A stretch of 54,853 nt of DNA, filler included, from Sphacelaria rigidula (GCA_964200075.2; 4 parts of 4 records of this genome joined end to end with filler, not necessarily neighbours in it); one strand, 5' to 3'; positions 25,801-37,700 are shown, counted from the whole stretch's first letter. Translations and numbers: made by a program. The notes: generated from the letters alone by a model not told the origin.

Positions 25801-25973
25801 CTCAGCTGCTCACATCTTGCAGCTGGGGCGCTTCGGCCATGTGGAGAATCTTGGCGAGACCGTTGTCGAAGTGGGCGAACAGCTCCGACGTGTCCATGGC
25901 CACACCCTTCAAGAGAGAATCGAGTGCCTTCTTTTCGAACGATGGCTCCAGCGGCAGCGCATGACGGATAAAC
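16665..25973 (-). CDS. Large protein of unknown function, 5'-partial, 7 exons, 1365 aa visible; helical islands separated by S/G/A/P/T-rich low-complexity tracts
   Basis: Exons 25973-25814, 25416-25294, 25017-23480, 22764-22623, 21248-21167, 19527-17675, 16865-16665. Every junction is GT-AG with matching phase (e.g. THWNE-CG|G-LVAAG; DKVE-G|AA-HYEVY). TGA stop at 16667-16665. No family recognised. Confidence 0.85.
17325..17555 (-). mobile_element. Degenerate SINE-like copy related to family C (further fragment at about 50338-50430)
   Basis: CACCACCGGGGCG head motif plus GGTACCTG...GATCAGCACTCCC body motif shared with 50338-50430 and partly with family C. Confidence 0.45.
17675..19527 (-). 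CDS. Unknown protein large exon (S/G/R/A-rich)
   Basis: Overlaps 649-aa ORF 17567..19516; CATCAG acceptor, CAG|GTATGT donor. Confidence 0.88.
20330..20640 (-). mobile_element. tRNA-headed SINE, family C (intronic)
   Basis: A box TGGTGTAATAG, B box GGTTCGATTCCC at 20588-20577, colinear with 15487-15816. Confidence 0.82.
21167..21248 (-). CDS. Unknown protein exon (AMDEMLDQVEVTGEVMFALDNIVDKVE)
   Basis: CTCTCAG acceptor, GTGAGT donor, 82 nt. Confidence 0.85.
22623..22764 (-). CDS. Unknown protein exon (LVAAGQLLTTLKKY...AIKRLLE)
   Basis: ACAG acceptor phase-matched to previous donor, GT donor, 142 nt. Confidence 0.82.
22957..23200. repeat. Family A copy (intronic)
   Basis: Colinear with 14694-14936. 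Confidence 0.75.
23480..25017 (-). CDS. Unknown protein large exon (A/T/P/S/G-rich)
   Basis: Within ORF 23476..25164; TGCAG acceptor, GTGAGT donor, GC-rich coding composition. Confidence 0.88.
25294..25416 (-). CDS. Unknown protein exon (LEALSAVVKEALEVRMELV...RLPA)
   Basis: TTTCAG acceptor, GTAAGC donor, 123 nt. Confidence 0.85.
25814..25973 (-). CDS. Unknown protein exon (FIRHALPLEPSFEKKALDSLL...PQLQD)
   Basis: TTTCAG acceptor, GTGAGC donor, 160 nt. Confidence 0.8.
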
Positions 25974-26096
25974 CTGAAAGTCATAAGCCCAGTTTTCGCC
26001 CCCCCCCCCCCCCCCCCCCCCCCGAACACAAAAAACACAAACAACACAAAAACCAACCCAAACACCACAACCAAAAACACACCCAACACAAACGGG

Positions 26097-26106
26097 NNNN
26101 NNNNNN
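26097..26106. other. Intra-scaffold gap (10 N) in low-quality C/A-rich sequence
   Basis: 10 N between poly-C runs. Confidence 0.9.
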
Positions 26107-26694
26107 GCAAACGGAAGCGCATACAGGAAAAAACAGAAAAAACAAAACCCAATTTTTCCCCCCCCCCCCCCCCAGATGACGGGAAAAACAAAAAAAACGC
26201 ATACACAAAAACGTTGTAAACAAACGCTCAAAATTTCACGCATCATCATCAGTGGGTTTTTATTTTCCTCTTCAAACAGCACCTTCCGCGCTAAATAGCC
26301 AGGCGTTGACGTTTCATGGTGCCATACAATACAAAGTACGCATGCGCTGTTGTTTGATGTATGTATTTGAACATGGAGTACAATACGTTAGTATCTGTAT
26401 CTGAACACGCAGTACAGTATGTGCATATCCATTATATTGGTTCAGGGTATGTGTCTTGCATTCTGTGACGACGGGTTCAACCTCATGTGTGAAGAAGACG
26501 GCCGTGAAATGAAGTAGAGGAGATGCAATCGATAACCCGCGACCCCTTCGGTGGAAGGGTGATTAGAAAAGGTGAGGAGATACATCCCATGCAATGATGA
26601 AGGGTCGAACATGTGCGGGCACAGGGCAGGGCGAGAAAAACTAAAAGGGAATTTTGGAATGGTACGGGGAAGAAAACGAAATGGTGCTATTTGA

Positions 26695-26813
26695 CCCGGG
26701 GGCTACTGATTGTTGCTTGCCATAGTGGCTTGACCATTGACTACGCATCCCATTCGAGACGGAGCACCAGTACAACTCCTGGTCGAGAGACCTCCGATAT
26801 TTAGGCGATCATT
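26695..26813. repeat. Family B copy (diverged)
   Basis: GTTGCTTGCCATAGTGGCTTGACCATTGACTACGCATCCCATTCGAGACGGAGCACC. Confidence 0.8.
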
Positions 26814-26994
26814 GTTGGTGGATCTGCGGTGCCCACTGGTGTGTGTCTGTACCTATGCTGCTGCCCCGAATTCCTCAGGGTCTCCCCTTTTTTTGTTTCA
26901 TTCCATTTTGTTTCGCTCTTTTCTTTCCCCTTATTTTCCTTTTTTTGTTTGAGGTCGGCCATTTCTTTCTGTGCTCTGCTTTTGTTGACTTCAT

Positions 26995-27062
<68 letters not shown>
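26995..27062. repeat. (TAG)22 microsatellite
   Basis: Perfect TAG tandem. Confidence 0.95.
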
Positions 27063-27084
27063 TTTTCTTGTTGACGTCTTGATC

Positions 27085-27245
27085 TACCATGTCGTTCTGT
27101 TCGACTTTTTTTTGCTCTTTCGTTTTCTTGAACGACTGTGTCAGTTTTGGTTTTCTTGGGTACGTACGTACGTCTATCATACGACCACGGCTGGACCCCT
27201 CGGGGGTCATTCAAAGTGCGACAATCGATCAATCGAATCGAATAA
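27085..27245 (+). repeat. Family D copy
   Basis: ATGTCGTTCTGTTCGAC ... GACCACGGCTGGACCCCTCGGGGGTCATTCAAAGTGCGACAATC. Confidence 0.75.
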
Positions 27246-27292
27246 AATCATTGCGTATCTTCCATACATTCCACGAAACACGGTGTGTGTGT

Positions 27293-27378
27293 GGGGGGGG
27301 GGGGTATTCATTTGTTGCTTGCCTTAGTCGTTTGACCATTGACCACGCATCCCTTTCGAGACGGAGCACCGTTCCTAC
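27293..27378. repeat. Family B copy truncated at scaffold end
   Basis: Near-identical to 14437-14500. Confidence 0.85.
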
Positions 27379-27478
27379 NNNNNNNNNNNNNNNNNNNNNN
27401 NNNNNNNNNNNNNNNNNNNNNNTTAATTAATTAANNNNNNNNNNNNNNNNNNNNNNNNNNNNNNNNNNNNNNNNNNNN
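27379..27478. other. Artificial scaffold-joining spacer
   Basis: Identical 100-bp structure. Confidence 0.97.
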
Positions 27479-27489
27479 AGGTTTCCCAT

Positions 27490-28190
27490 CGCACACTATA
27501 CGTCGGGGAACGTATGTACCCCCCTTGTCCGAGGGTCTCGTACGCTCGGATCGGGGTTAGGTGCTCGTCCAGGACGTGTTTTGGTCGAAATCGGCGCCTG
27601 CGGCGTCGATTTCAGATCTGCCAACGCACACTATACCTAGGGGAACGTATGTCCCCTCCTTGTTCGAGGGTCTCGTACGCCTTGGGTAGGGGTTAGGGTT
27701 AGGGGTAGCGCTTTTGTTAGTTTAAAAAAAAAACAATCATAAATGTACGAGCAAAACTCTAGCTCGCCTCGGCATTTGAGTCACATCTGGGTTTAAGTTT
27801 TTATTACCCCTTTGACTGCGAGGATAGGTCACCTGCGGAAGCGGCATCAATTTCGCTTGAAAAACTACTCCAGAGTAAACTATCGTGGGCCACAAATGTT
27901 CATGGTTGACACATTACTTGATTTGAGTGTAGAACAAGAATCGGATCTTCAGAAGGACTGACGACAGTCCCATGTGCGCCTCACCTGTAGGGAACGCGTC
28001 TTCGTTCAAGACTACTGTACCAAGGCCGCCCTTTGCCTCGGGAATGTATGTACCGTCCTTATTACCCGAGGGTTCTCGGTATGCGTTGGGGGTCTACGAA
28101 GGCCATACTTTGCCTAGGGAATGATATGTACCGCCCTTACCCGAGGGTCTTTGGCATGCGTTGGGTTGGGGTTAGGGGTAGGGGTAGCGA
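27490..28190. repeat. Four related 60-85 bp units ending in telomere-like GGGTTAGGG / GGGGTAG motifs
   Basis: Core GGGAA(C/T)GTATGT..CTT..CGAGGGT at about 27505, 27640, 28040, 28117; GGGTTAGGGTTAGGGG at about 27690. Confidence 0.7.
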
Positions 28191-29134
28191 TAGTTGTAAA
28201 ATGTGTCAACCATGAACATTTGCAGCCCAGCGTCGGTGAGCCCTTGGACCTCGAAGCTGACAGTCCATCTGGAAGACACATACTTTTTTCAAGTGAAATT
28301 GATGCCTATCCAACAGATGACCTACTCTCGCTATGCAAGGGTCAACAAACCTCAAAACGTAGGCAGACTGAAGACATCGCGGGCGAAGCCCATATCACAA
28401 GCCAAACTTCCCACACAGAGATAAGGGTGACCCAAAGTGCATTGAAAGAAGCAGGACCATGGCCGAGCGTTCCAACTCAACACTGGTCCAAACTTGAGGA
28501 CCTCTCCAAAATCAGACGGAGGACTAAAACATGGGATATTTCCTGTTTCACCACTGTACTGCAGCAGAAACACCCAAGCCGTAATCATGTGTTCAAGCTT
28601 CCACTGTCTGTTCTGCTGTGGTGTGTTCACGCATTGCGAGCACGGTTTGGATTGCATGGGCTGCGATATTGTTGTTGTGTTCGTCTCTGCAGAAAACAAT
28701 GTTAGTCGGCACGCAGTGCTGGCTGCACACTGTTGAGAGCTCCATGGGTGTGTTGACTGTTTCCTCTTCGGTAAGACGAGCAGCGCGCTGTCTGTTGCTG
28801 CAACACTCCTGCTGGTGCCGTGCGTTGGGCGCCTGTACTGTACCGGACTACTGTATTGCGTTCAGTCTACTATACTGTACTATTCATGATTCTGTATCGT
28901 GTTGGAAGACTACGAGATTGGACCGCATGAACACTAGGTTGGGCTATTACATGTGTATGTACACAAGCAGCAGCGCTTTTCTAGACAAAATTCCTCATTG
29001 TGGGAGGCACGACAACGATTTTCACTCTCGTCCCCCATGTTACTAACGGAGCGGAGCCTTGGCTGTATAGACGGTATGTCGTCACTTCAGCTGCGATACC
29101 CCGAAGCGTAGGTCCCAACACACGGTGGGAAAAA

Positions 29135-29208
29135 ATCCTCGTTTATCTAAGAATCCTGCTATTTTGAAGAATCCTGCTAAATGGCAAGATTCTTAGATAA
29201 ACGAGGAT
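29135..29208. repeat. 21-bp perfect inverted repeat
   Basis: ATCCTCGTTTATCTAAGAATC ... GATTCTTAGATAAACGAGGAT. Confidence 0.85.
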
Positions 29209-29589
29209 GAATCTCCATCAAAGATTCAGCTGAAATTCCCGGATCTTCCTGTAGTGATGACTCGAGGGACATCAAAATTTTGGTTCTTTTCTCGGAAAGG
29301 TCGCGAAGTTTTTCCCAACTTTCAACCATACGGATCGAAAACCGTGACGTGGACAAGCGCATTAGACTAACAGGTGGTGAAACTGTCAGATGGAAGCTAT
29401 TCTTTACCGTTCTTTACCGTTCTTGGTTCCTCTTCACGTCATAAACCGGGAGGGATCTTTCACAAAGATCCATTTGGAGAATCCTCGATGTCATTTCGGG
29501 ATCTCCGTTGAGTTCTCTCAAACTCGTATCCCAGGACATCCTGAACTATTCGTCCAATAACCCAGGATCGCCGAGTATGAGACACCTCT

Positions 29590-29880
29590 ACTACGTGGTC
29601 TTCAAAGGGTGAGACACTTTTGAGGCAGTGTGTAAGCCGTGGCTGTCTCTGGAAGTTGTAATATCAGAAAGTACAGCAACTCATCGGAGGCTGTCACCCC
29701 TATGCAAGATAATCAGTAGGCTTCGGGCGGAACAATCTTAGCAGGGTGCAGCTCACCCTTAATGTAACTCGTCGATCTCTCCACGGCGCTTCGCGCTTGG
29801 TGATTGATTCCCAGCCTGGTCCAGCGGACACCCGATGTGCTTCATCCCGGCTTGGTAGGGATGCGAGGTCAACGGCCATC
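29590..29880. repeat. Family A copy (opposite orientation)
   Basis: GTCTCTGGAAGT..GCAACTC..GAGGCTGTCA..GTAGGGATGCGAGGTCAA matches the reverse complement of 22957-23200. Confidence 0.72.
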
Positions 29881-30109
29881 TGACCATGTTATGCAAGATT
29901 TGGAGTACACTCCCCGCTCGGAGAAAACGCAGCACAGTGTCCTTGCTCCCGGACGTTTGCGTTCGTCGTTGTACCGGAAATGGGATTACCAATCCAAAAG
30001 CACCGACCGACGCCGCACATGATTACGACCTCTCGCACCGGTCGATTTCTACGTTGTGGCATGCTGGAGGAATCCTTGCTATACAGAGAGATTATATACA
30101 GAGATGATA

Positions 30110-33100
30110 TCAGTTGCATTTGTTCTGAGATTCGGTTCCTGTAGACAGGTGTCATTTTGCTGCATTTCTCTCTTGATTTTAGAGTACATATCTTCCGGGG
30201 CCATTTCGTTCTCTGAAGCTCTGACAAGCCAGCATTTCTTCTTCACTTGATTTTAGAGTACACGTTTACCCTGATTATACATACCAGCTTCTTCGCTAGC
30301 AATTCGCTGGGCGTTGGAGTGCGCTCCTGTTCTGTTTGGGTTTGGAGTGCATACGCTTTACGCGTTGTGTTCTGCATGGCGTTTTGACATTTCGATGCGT
30401 TCCGTTTGATGCATTCCCTCGCTGGATGTCTCGGTGGACCCTTCGACCGTCGGAGATGCAACCTCTCGATCGCACACAGGCCATATTTATTCGTGGAATC
30501 GGCATCGTTTTCACTTGAACAAAAACTCGACATCACGCTCAGTTGAATCGGATCTGTACGGAACGGAGAGCGATGGTTTAGCTCTCGGGGCACACCTCGA
30601 GCATGTTGTGATCTTGCCCGCATGTCACCTCGTCTCGACTGTACTTCCCTTTTTACTCTCTGGACTGCGGCTTTACCATACATGCGATGTTTTCATCATG
30701 GGGCGCTGAAAACAACAGCTTCTATTTTTTCAGATTTGCATCGGCAGCCGGTCGCACTGTGCTCTGTGTTGCCTCGGGGCCCTCTTCTGCACGGCGTTGA
30801 GGCTCGCGTTGTGACGCATTTCCTGCACACCCTGGACAATAGAACACACTGTCGAAAAGTGTACTGCGTACAGTATCGACTACTGCGCCTATTTCAATAG
30901 ACATAAGATTCCATACTGTACGCAGTATATTTTTCTACAATAGAATCCATTGTCCAGGGTGTGAGTTCCTGTCTCCACGCATCAGGGCTGTTCGACCGTC
31001 AGGGGTATGAATTACTGCAATGAACATCGAATCGGCATCAAATTTATTTGACAATCGCAAGACACGAGATCAGCCATGCAACTGCTCTCCATCGGACACA
31101 GCATTCCTGTCGACACAAAGCTTGAACACCTCGATCGTGTTTTGATGCGTGAGTCGATCGTCGTGCTATCTCCACACAGCTGTCGGGGCACGGTTCCACC
31201 TACCATTTTTCGGCTCGTTTCTCATTGAATTCTGAGGAGATCGCGTGAGGTCGTAACTCTTTGACCGCGACCATGAATAGTCTGCGGAATCAGCATCAGG
31301 CTCACATGAAAAATCACTGCATGACCAGCTGACCTACCCTCGCGGTCTACGGGATAAATAACGCACTCTCAGCTGATGAGCAGCTAAGGCATTTCTCCGA
31401 AATATGACCTGTGCCACTACGCAACGCACGCAATTATCACCGGTTCGGGCGCAAATCATCGTTTCTCTTCGAATTCTGAACAGATTTGTGCAAGGCCACG
31501 CACAGGTCAGGTGATGAGCAGCTCCGGCTCGAGCGGTGTGTCTTTGGTTTTGCGGGGGCAATGAGTGTAGAGGTTCGCCTTTGATAGTGTTTTGGTTGTT
31601 GCCTATCAAGTGTCAAGCCTTCACCTGTGTCCCCGTGAACGGAACACCTGTGTTCCTCTCCGGACTACAAACGAGGCCAAAATATACATCTTTGGAATTG
31701 GCATCATCTTCAAAATTAAATCGTCACGCACACTAAAACCCCAACCTTATCACCGGTGCCCATGTATCTTGGCTGTCGATCCACTGATCGTGGCGGCGAG
31801 GCCGCCGAGACTCTTGCTGTACATGTATATACACATAATATACAGGCTACATTTCGGCTCATTTTCAAGCCCTGCAGACAGGTGTCACTTTGCTGAATTT
31901 CTTCTCTTGATTCGAGAATACATATCTCCCGGGGTCATTTCGTTCCATGAACCTCTGAGAAGCCAGCATTTCTTCTTCACTTGAATTTAGAGTGCACGGT
32001 TTCGCTTATTGTACATATCAGTCTCTTCGCTTTCATTTCGCTAGACAATACGGTGCGTTCCGGTTCTGCTTGGGTTTCGAGTGAATACGCTTCCCGGGCT
32101 GTGTTCTCCACGGTGTCTTGACGTTGCGATGCGTTCCGTTTGATGGATATCCCAGCCGGTGTGTCGGTGGACCCTTTGGGCGTCCGAGATGCCACCTCTC
32201 GACCGCACACAGGCCATATTGACTCGTGGAACCGGCATCGTTTTCACTTGGAAATTGAACCGGCATCATGCTCAGTTAAGGAGTGACATCGGAACGGAGC
32301 GAAACGACAGTGTGTCATGGCTCTCCGTTCACTTTCCGGGGCACACCTCGAGCATGTTGTGATCTTGCCCGCATGTCGCATCGTCTCGACCGTTCTTGCC
32401 CTTTGCTGTCTCTAAACTGCTGTTGTAGCTGCTGCTACTGCTCTACCGTACATGCGAATTCATGAGGTGCTGAAAAACAACGGCCTCTAGTTTTCGCATT
32501 GGATTCTGAACACATATGCGCGACATGGAAATTGTTTGACCGCGACCATGGATAGTCTGTGGAATCAGTGTTAGTTATACATGACCTATCCTCGCGGCTT
32601 AGCTCTAAGGGAGAACAACGTGCTCTCAGCTGATGAGAAGCTACGGCGTTTCTTCGAAGTATGACCTGTGCCACTATGCAGCGCACGCAGTTAGCACCGG
32701 TTCGCGCACGACTCACACACATCATCGTTCATCATTGAATCTGATCAGATTTATGCAAAGTCACGCACAGCTCAGGTGATGAGCAGCTACGGCTCGACTT
32801 GCGTGTTTTTGTTTTTGCGAGGCCAATGAGTTCCCGGGGTTCACCTTTGATAGTGTTTTGGTTGTTGCCTATCAAGTGTCAAGCCTTTGCATGTGTTCCC
32901 GTGAACGAGACACCTGTGTTCTTCTTTTTCGGACTACAAACGGGGAAAAGTATTCATTTTTGGAATCGGCATCATTTTCAAAATTGAACCGTCACGCACA
33001 TGCTCAGGTAGTGAGCAGCTACTGCCTCTTCCCCGAATCATGACCTTCGCTATCACGCAACGCACACAGCTATCACCGGTGCCCATGTATCTTAGCCGTC

Positions 33101-33145
33101 GATTCGCTTATCGTGGCGGCGAAGCCGCCGAAATGTTTACTGTAT
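30110..33145 (+). mobile_element. Head-to-tail tandem of two diverged non-coding units (about 30110-31820 and 31850-33145), Helitron-like 3' ends
   Basis: Colinear blocks 30138-30720 vs 31872-32490 and 31260-31820 vs 32535-33145; each unit ends in hairpin GGCGGC-GA(A/G)-GCCGCC, 10 nt, then CTGTA and TA-rich sequence. Confidence 0.65.
30826..30963. mobile_element. hAT-type MITE (138 bp), nested in tandem unit 1
   Basis: 15-bp perfect TIR CACACCCTGGACAAT; 8-bp flanks ATTTCCTG / AGTTCCTG; internal inverted repeat ATACTGTACGCAGTA. Confidence 0.88.
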
Positions 33146-33692
33146 ATATATATAATAAAATATATTATACATATACAAGGTTCCCCTTCGGGAGGTTGGT
33201 ACGGGCCTCGCGAGGGTGACGCGAGTCGAAAATAGATGGTGAAGAGGGGCTGTTGCTGTGCGATGCCGCGCCCAATTTGAGGTACTTTGGGCCGGAACTT
33301 TGCCAGGATGTCGTTGACGCGAGTGGCCGTATGTGTTGGAGCGTTGTCATCGTCTTCATCAAATGGTAAGGAAGTGATGGCATTTTTCCTGCTTTTGCTG
33401 AAACTTCAACTCGCTCTAACTTCCTGCTTTCTTCTATTTTTCCTCTGCACCCCTCATGGGGTCACACGGGTTGATGCTAAAAATGTCGTGTCAAAATTTC
33501 AGCGCCCAACTCTTCGAATTACCAATGGCATCTCCACATTTCGTTCAAAAATCACTGTCAGCTGGCCCAGTTAGTAGCAGTTCATATTGCTAATACATCT
33601 ACAGATGGTGTAGCCCTGCATGCACGACTATGTCTAGCGCACCTGTTTACAGTTTGTGGTCTGATGTACAGCCAAGCTCACAGAATGTGAGC

Positions 33693-33918
33693 TTGATGGT
33701 ATCGTGTGCGTTGACTTTGAGCTTGGGAGTAAACATAGCTCTGTGGCCCCCAAGGTACACAGACAGTTCAACAAATCTCCTAGAGCAGTCCAGTCGACAC
33801 CCGATTGATGGCATCGTATGCGTTGGCTTTGAGCTTGGGGCGTAAATATAGCTCCGTGGCTCCCAAGATACACAGGCAGGTCAACAAAATTTCCTACAGC
33901 AGTCTATCCGACACCCGA
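33693..33918. repeat. Diverged tandem duplication, 112/114-bp unit x2
   Basis: TTGATGG(T/C)ATCGT..CTTTGAGCTTGGG..CGACACCCGA at 33693-33804 and 33805-33918. Confidence 0.85.
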
Positions 33919-34641
33919 GGAACTTTCCTTACGCTTAAAACTTCCCCATGGACGTGGGTCTTGTTCTCGGTAGATCGATGAGGACTGTTGGGTTCGCATA
34001 AGTGGGACCCACATTCCGCAGATGTGCCTGTGTCAGAGGCTTCATGTCAAAACTGAATAATGAGGGATCTCAGACCATTCGACTTGTGTTTGCTGCTGAC
34101 TAAGGCCAAGGCAATGTTCAATTGTTTTCAATTGCTTTGCTCTCATGTTCTCGTGACATTCGCTGCATAACCGCCGTCTTCGTGCTCCCGAATCAACGAG
34201 AACGCAAAGAAAATCACGGTGTAAAAAATACACCGCCAAACGTTATCCTGTTCGAACGATTGTCTTCACCAGGCTTTTGTGGTTTGGGATCGACACCCCG
34301 CGAAAAAGAGCCAGTTTGAGCGACTTTCGGTGGCCAGAACACGCGCCACAGATATCAGATGACATCCAAACCTGAACGGTAATGTACCGCTGCGCCTTCT
34401 TCGTGCGCTGCAAAAGAAAGCGCGGGATAAAATGCCTTGCTGCCAGAGAAAACTCGGCAAAAGTGGTGAAAAATGTGAAATGATACATGTACATGTATCA
34501 CTCTGTACTACCGTGGACACGGAGTGCTCTGTTCGGCGAACGCCGAAGTAAACTGTGCAAGTATTACAGTATGATATTTGATCGACATGGGTCATGACCC
34601 ATCCCTACGTGTGCCAATGACCCCCCCCTCCGGCCTCTCAC

Positions 34642-34702
34642 CTCATTGGTGAGTAATCCTCCGAAACCGTAGAATAGGAATGACAAGTACTGGAGCCACT
34701 CG
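34642..34702 (-). CDS. ABCG exon (EWLQYLSFLFYGFGGLLTNE)
   Basis: ATCAG acceptor, GTGAGA donor, 61 nt. Confidence 0.9.
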
Positions 34703-37700
34703 CTGATGTCGACGAGCGTCCCATCAAGAGTCCAGCAGACATACCGGCATACCGTCACGTGCGACATACCGACAAACAGCACGCAGGGAGGTGAGGGAAA
34801 AGCTCGCGTCGGACTTTACAGTACGTAGCAGCCACTTTTGTTTGGGGGGAGAGGGCGCAAATCATGCAAAATGGAGATGTCAGAGTGCAATCCAGTGGAA
34901 ATCAAAGGGGATTCGTTTGCACCGTAGCCCATACCCCCTCCTCTCCAATGTGGTGTACCTTACGGTGCAGATTAGGAGCCTGTACTGGCTAATAGTGGAT
35001 TAGGAACACGAGAAAACCCTCGATGGCTCTAGCCTTCCAGCGTTGGCGGGTATAAGGGCATCGGTGGTCCCTCTACGATCATCGTAGGGTCCCCTTAAGA
35101 CTCAAGTTCCGCGTGGGGTTCCGCAGCATCGGGGACCGTGTGCAGGAGTTCTTCCGATCCCCCAATTCATTGGTCATTTACACGCGCCTTCTAGAATATT
35201 CTGTTGTCGAGTGCGGATTCGGCCGCCTGGGCATTGCTACAATTCGTACGTAATTTGTCGTCTAAAGCAGAAGTGGTTGACAATGTAGAAATAGCTCTCG
35301 AAGCTTAAGGGCACCAGAACAAATCATGGCACGAATGAGGCACGAAAAACGCGGAAAACACACAAGGGCGAAAATCAACAATCGCTTTGGGATCAGCAAG
35401 GGAGGGTATAGGTATAGGTATAGTCATGGGGGCAAACTAGCACAACCTGGATAATAGGTAGTACAATGGTTGCAATAGGGGGAAACGTGTGCCGGGAAAA
35501 GGATCAACGCTGTCATAGGCAATAGGCTCCATGCTTGACGCACTACACTTTTCCCCCTATCGCAACTATTACAACACCTACTATTATCCAAAGTGTGCAA
35601 AGTCCACTGCGGCAAGCAAAATCCGTCCCTTTTTGCTCGCCACAACTTGTAAACCCACTTGCAGACCGCACGCAGCTCAGGGCATACACACCCGAGCACA
35701 ATGAACCGTCAGCACAGGCGATGAACACAGTTTTCGACAAGCAGAGTAGGGTCTATATGACAAACCGCTGCCAACGACTATGTAAATGAGAAAGCACTGT
35801 GCTTCTCCGCCGACACGCGAAAATCGGATGATAACAACTATACCACTAACGCATTGTCGACTGCAGAGGTATAAGATAGAAACTGGACACACGAAATCGC
35901 CGGGAAACCAAAACAAAACAAAACAGCCGAACAAACATATTTCACGTGTGTACGACTTGCGACAGGTGTGTCCAGGCTTCGACTATTGTATGAACTTTCG
36001 ATTACCTGGCGACTGATGACGTAAAAAAAACGTCTCCGTCGTATGAAAAACGAAATAGGGCGGGAACATACGATTATCTAGCAGTTGGTGTTTGGAGAAA
36101 AGCGCGCAAATAAAGTTTTGATTACTTCCATCGGCTAAATGATTGAATGATCGTCAGATTCGGCGAAGTGGAGCCAGCGGTCGACGGGGGCTGGGACGGT
36201 TGTACCTTCCCCCGGTGACGGAAAACAGAAAAGGCAACTTGTACCTGTAAAAGATACACCCAAGAAAAATCAGAACAGAGAGAAAGAACTGTTGTTTGGT
36301 CGTTCTGTCACTTGCGCACACCATCGTCGTCTAGTCATCGTCCACAGATAACAAAATCTCGGCACACTCATCAGCCGAGATTGGAGTTTGCTGCGAGCAC
36401 GTATTTTGTGCATGCTATGCGTGTGTTTTCCGCTGTCGATGTTCAGAAAAGGAGAAACCTCGTCCCCCCGCACGGTGGCGAGAAAATCCCGAATACTATC
36501 TCCGAGGGCGAGAAAAACCAAACGAATGACGGGATCAAACGAACCGAAAGAAAATGACCCATCGTCCTTTATCGTTCGTGTGCTCGGTCGTTTCGCAATC
36601 ACAGCACGGTGAATAAGTGTATGACCTCGAATTCTGGGAGAACAAGAAAAAAAAATCAAGAAGGCGACAACGACGATGACGACGATGACAGTGTCGAAGG
36701 GTCCGTGAAGCAAAAATGATAGGGAAAAAAACAACAACATAAAGAACAAAGGCCTGAAAAAAAACAACGAAGAAGAATGTTCTGTCGCTCTCTGCCCTCT
36801 GCTTTCTACATGTTCACGGCATGTTCGCATGCATGTACATACATTTTTTTCCGACGGAAGTTCCGTTGCATTCCCTATCTCGAAGAGGCAAAAAAGCATC
36901 ACAACGTCAAGAACCATGGTCAAGTCTCCCCTTCCCTTTTGAGCGCACCCGCTTGGAAAACACAAACACGCGCAGACATACAGTACAAGCACCAAAGTAC
37001 GGAAGCACACTTACATGCCGTCGGGAATGTTTTCGCTGTTCACGTAGAATCCACCTAGGTAGTTCGTCGTTGTGACCATCGTCGTCGTCGTTATTGTGGC
37101 GGTGGTGGTGATGGTGGTGGTGGTGGTTGTAGTTGAAGATGTGGTGGTTTCCGAAGTTGTGTTGAAAGATGACAACATACAACGTGGACCGATCGCACAC
37201 CGGCAGAAGCGGCAGCAGCACCAGCAGCACCAGCATGGAGAAAAACAAGAAACGAGGCACGGGACAGGGCAACATTCAGTAAAACAATATCAATGAGAAC
37301 TTGATGAAGACCACCATCGCGTTTCGGCTTTGGCGGTACAACAGAATAGCGCGTGCATCCCGTGTCATTTCCCATGGACAAGGAGAATGTAACGAGGGGG
37401 GAAGGGGGGGAAGATGAAAAACTCTGATGATGAAAAAAACAGCGCAATGAACAACAGCAGCAGCACGGGCGGTGAAAAGTGAGAAGTCAAGAAATATATC
37501 CTTCTCTGTCCGCGGGAACGCCGAATATTCTGATTGCCAGCCTCCCGTACATGGGCACACTGACAAAATCAAATTGCAAACGTCCGTATCGGCACACTGC
37601 AGACCAGCTCACTCACTGAAAAATGATCAATATATAAAAAAACAAGAAGTAAGATCTCATTGACCGACAACCGTTTGCCCACGAGGTGTTCATTTTGATC

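Noticed and set aside
25997-26215. C/A-rich tract resembling a novel repeat
   Set aside because: Lies between poly-C runs and a 10-N gap; typical low-quality sequence after homopolymers.
33165-33561. Minus-strand frame with three TGA stops (..NAITSLPFDEDDDNAPTHTATRVNDILAKFRPKVPQ..) as a pseudogene
   Set aside because: No recognisable motif, and the stop density is compatible with chance; would need BLASTx.
34512-34552. Candidate next ABCG exon (CAG|FTSAFAEQSTPCP)
   Set aside because: Phase fits, but the intron would be only about 90 bp, the donor is weak and no following exon was found.
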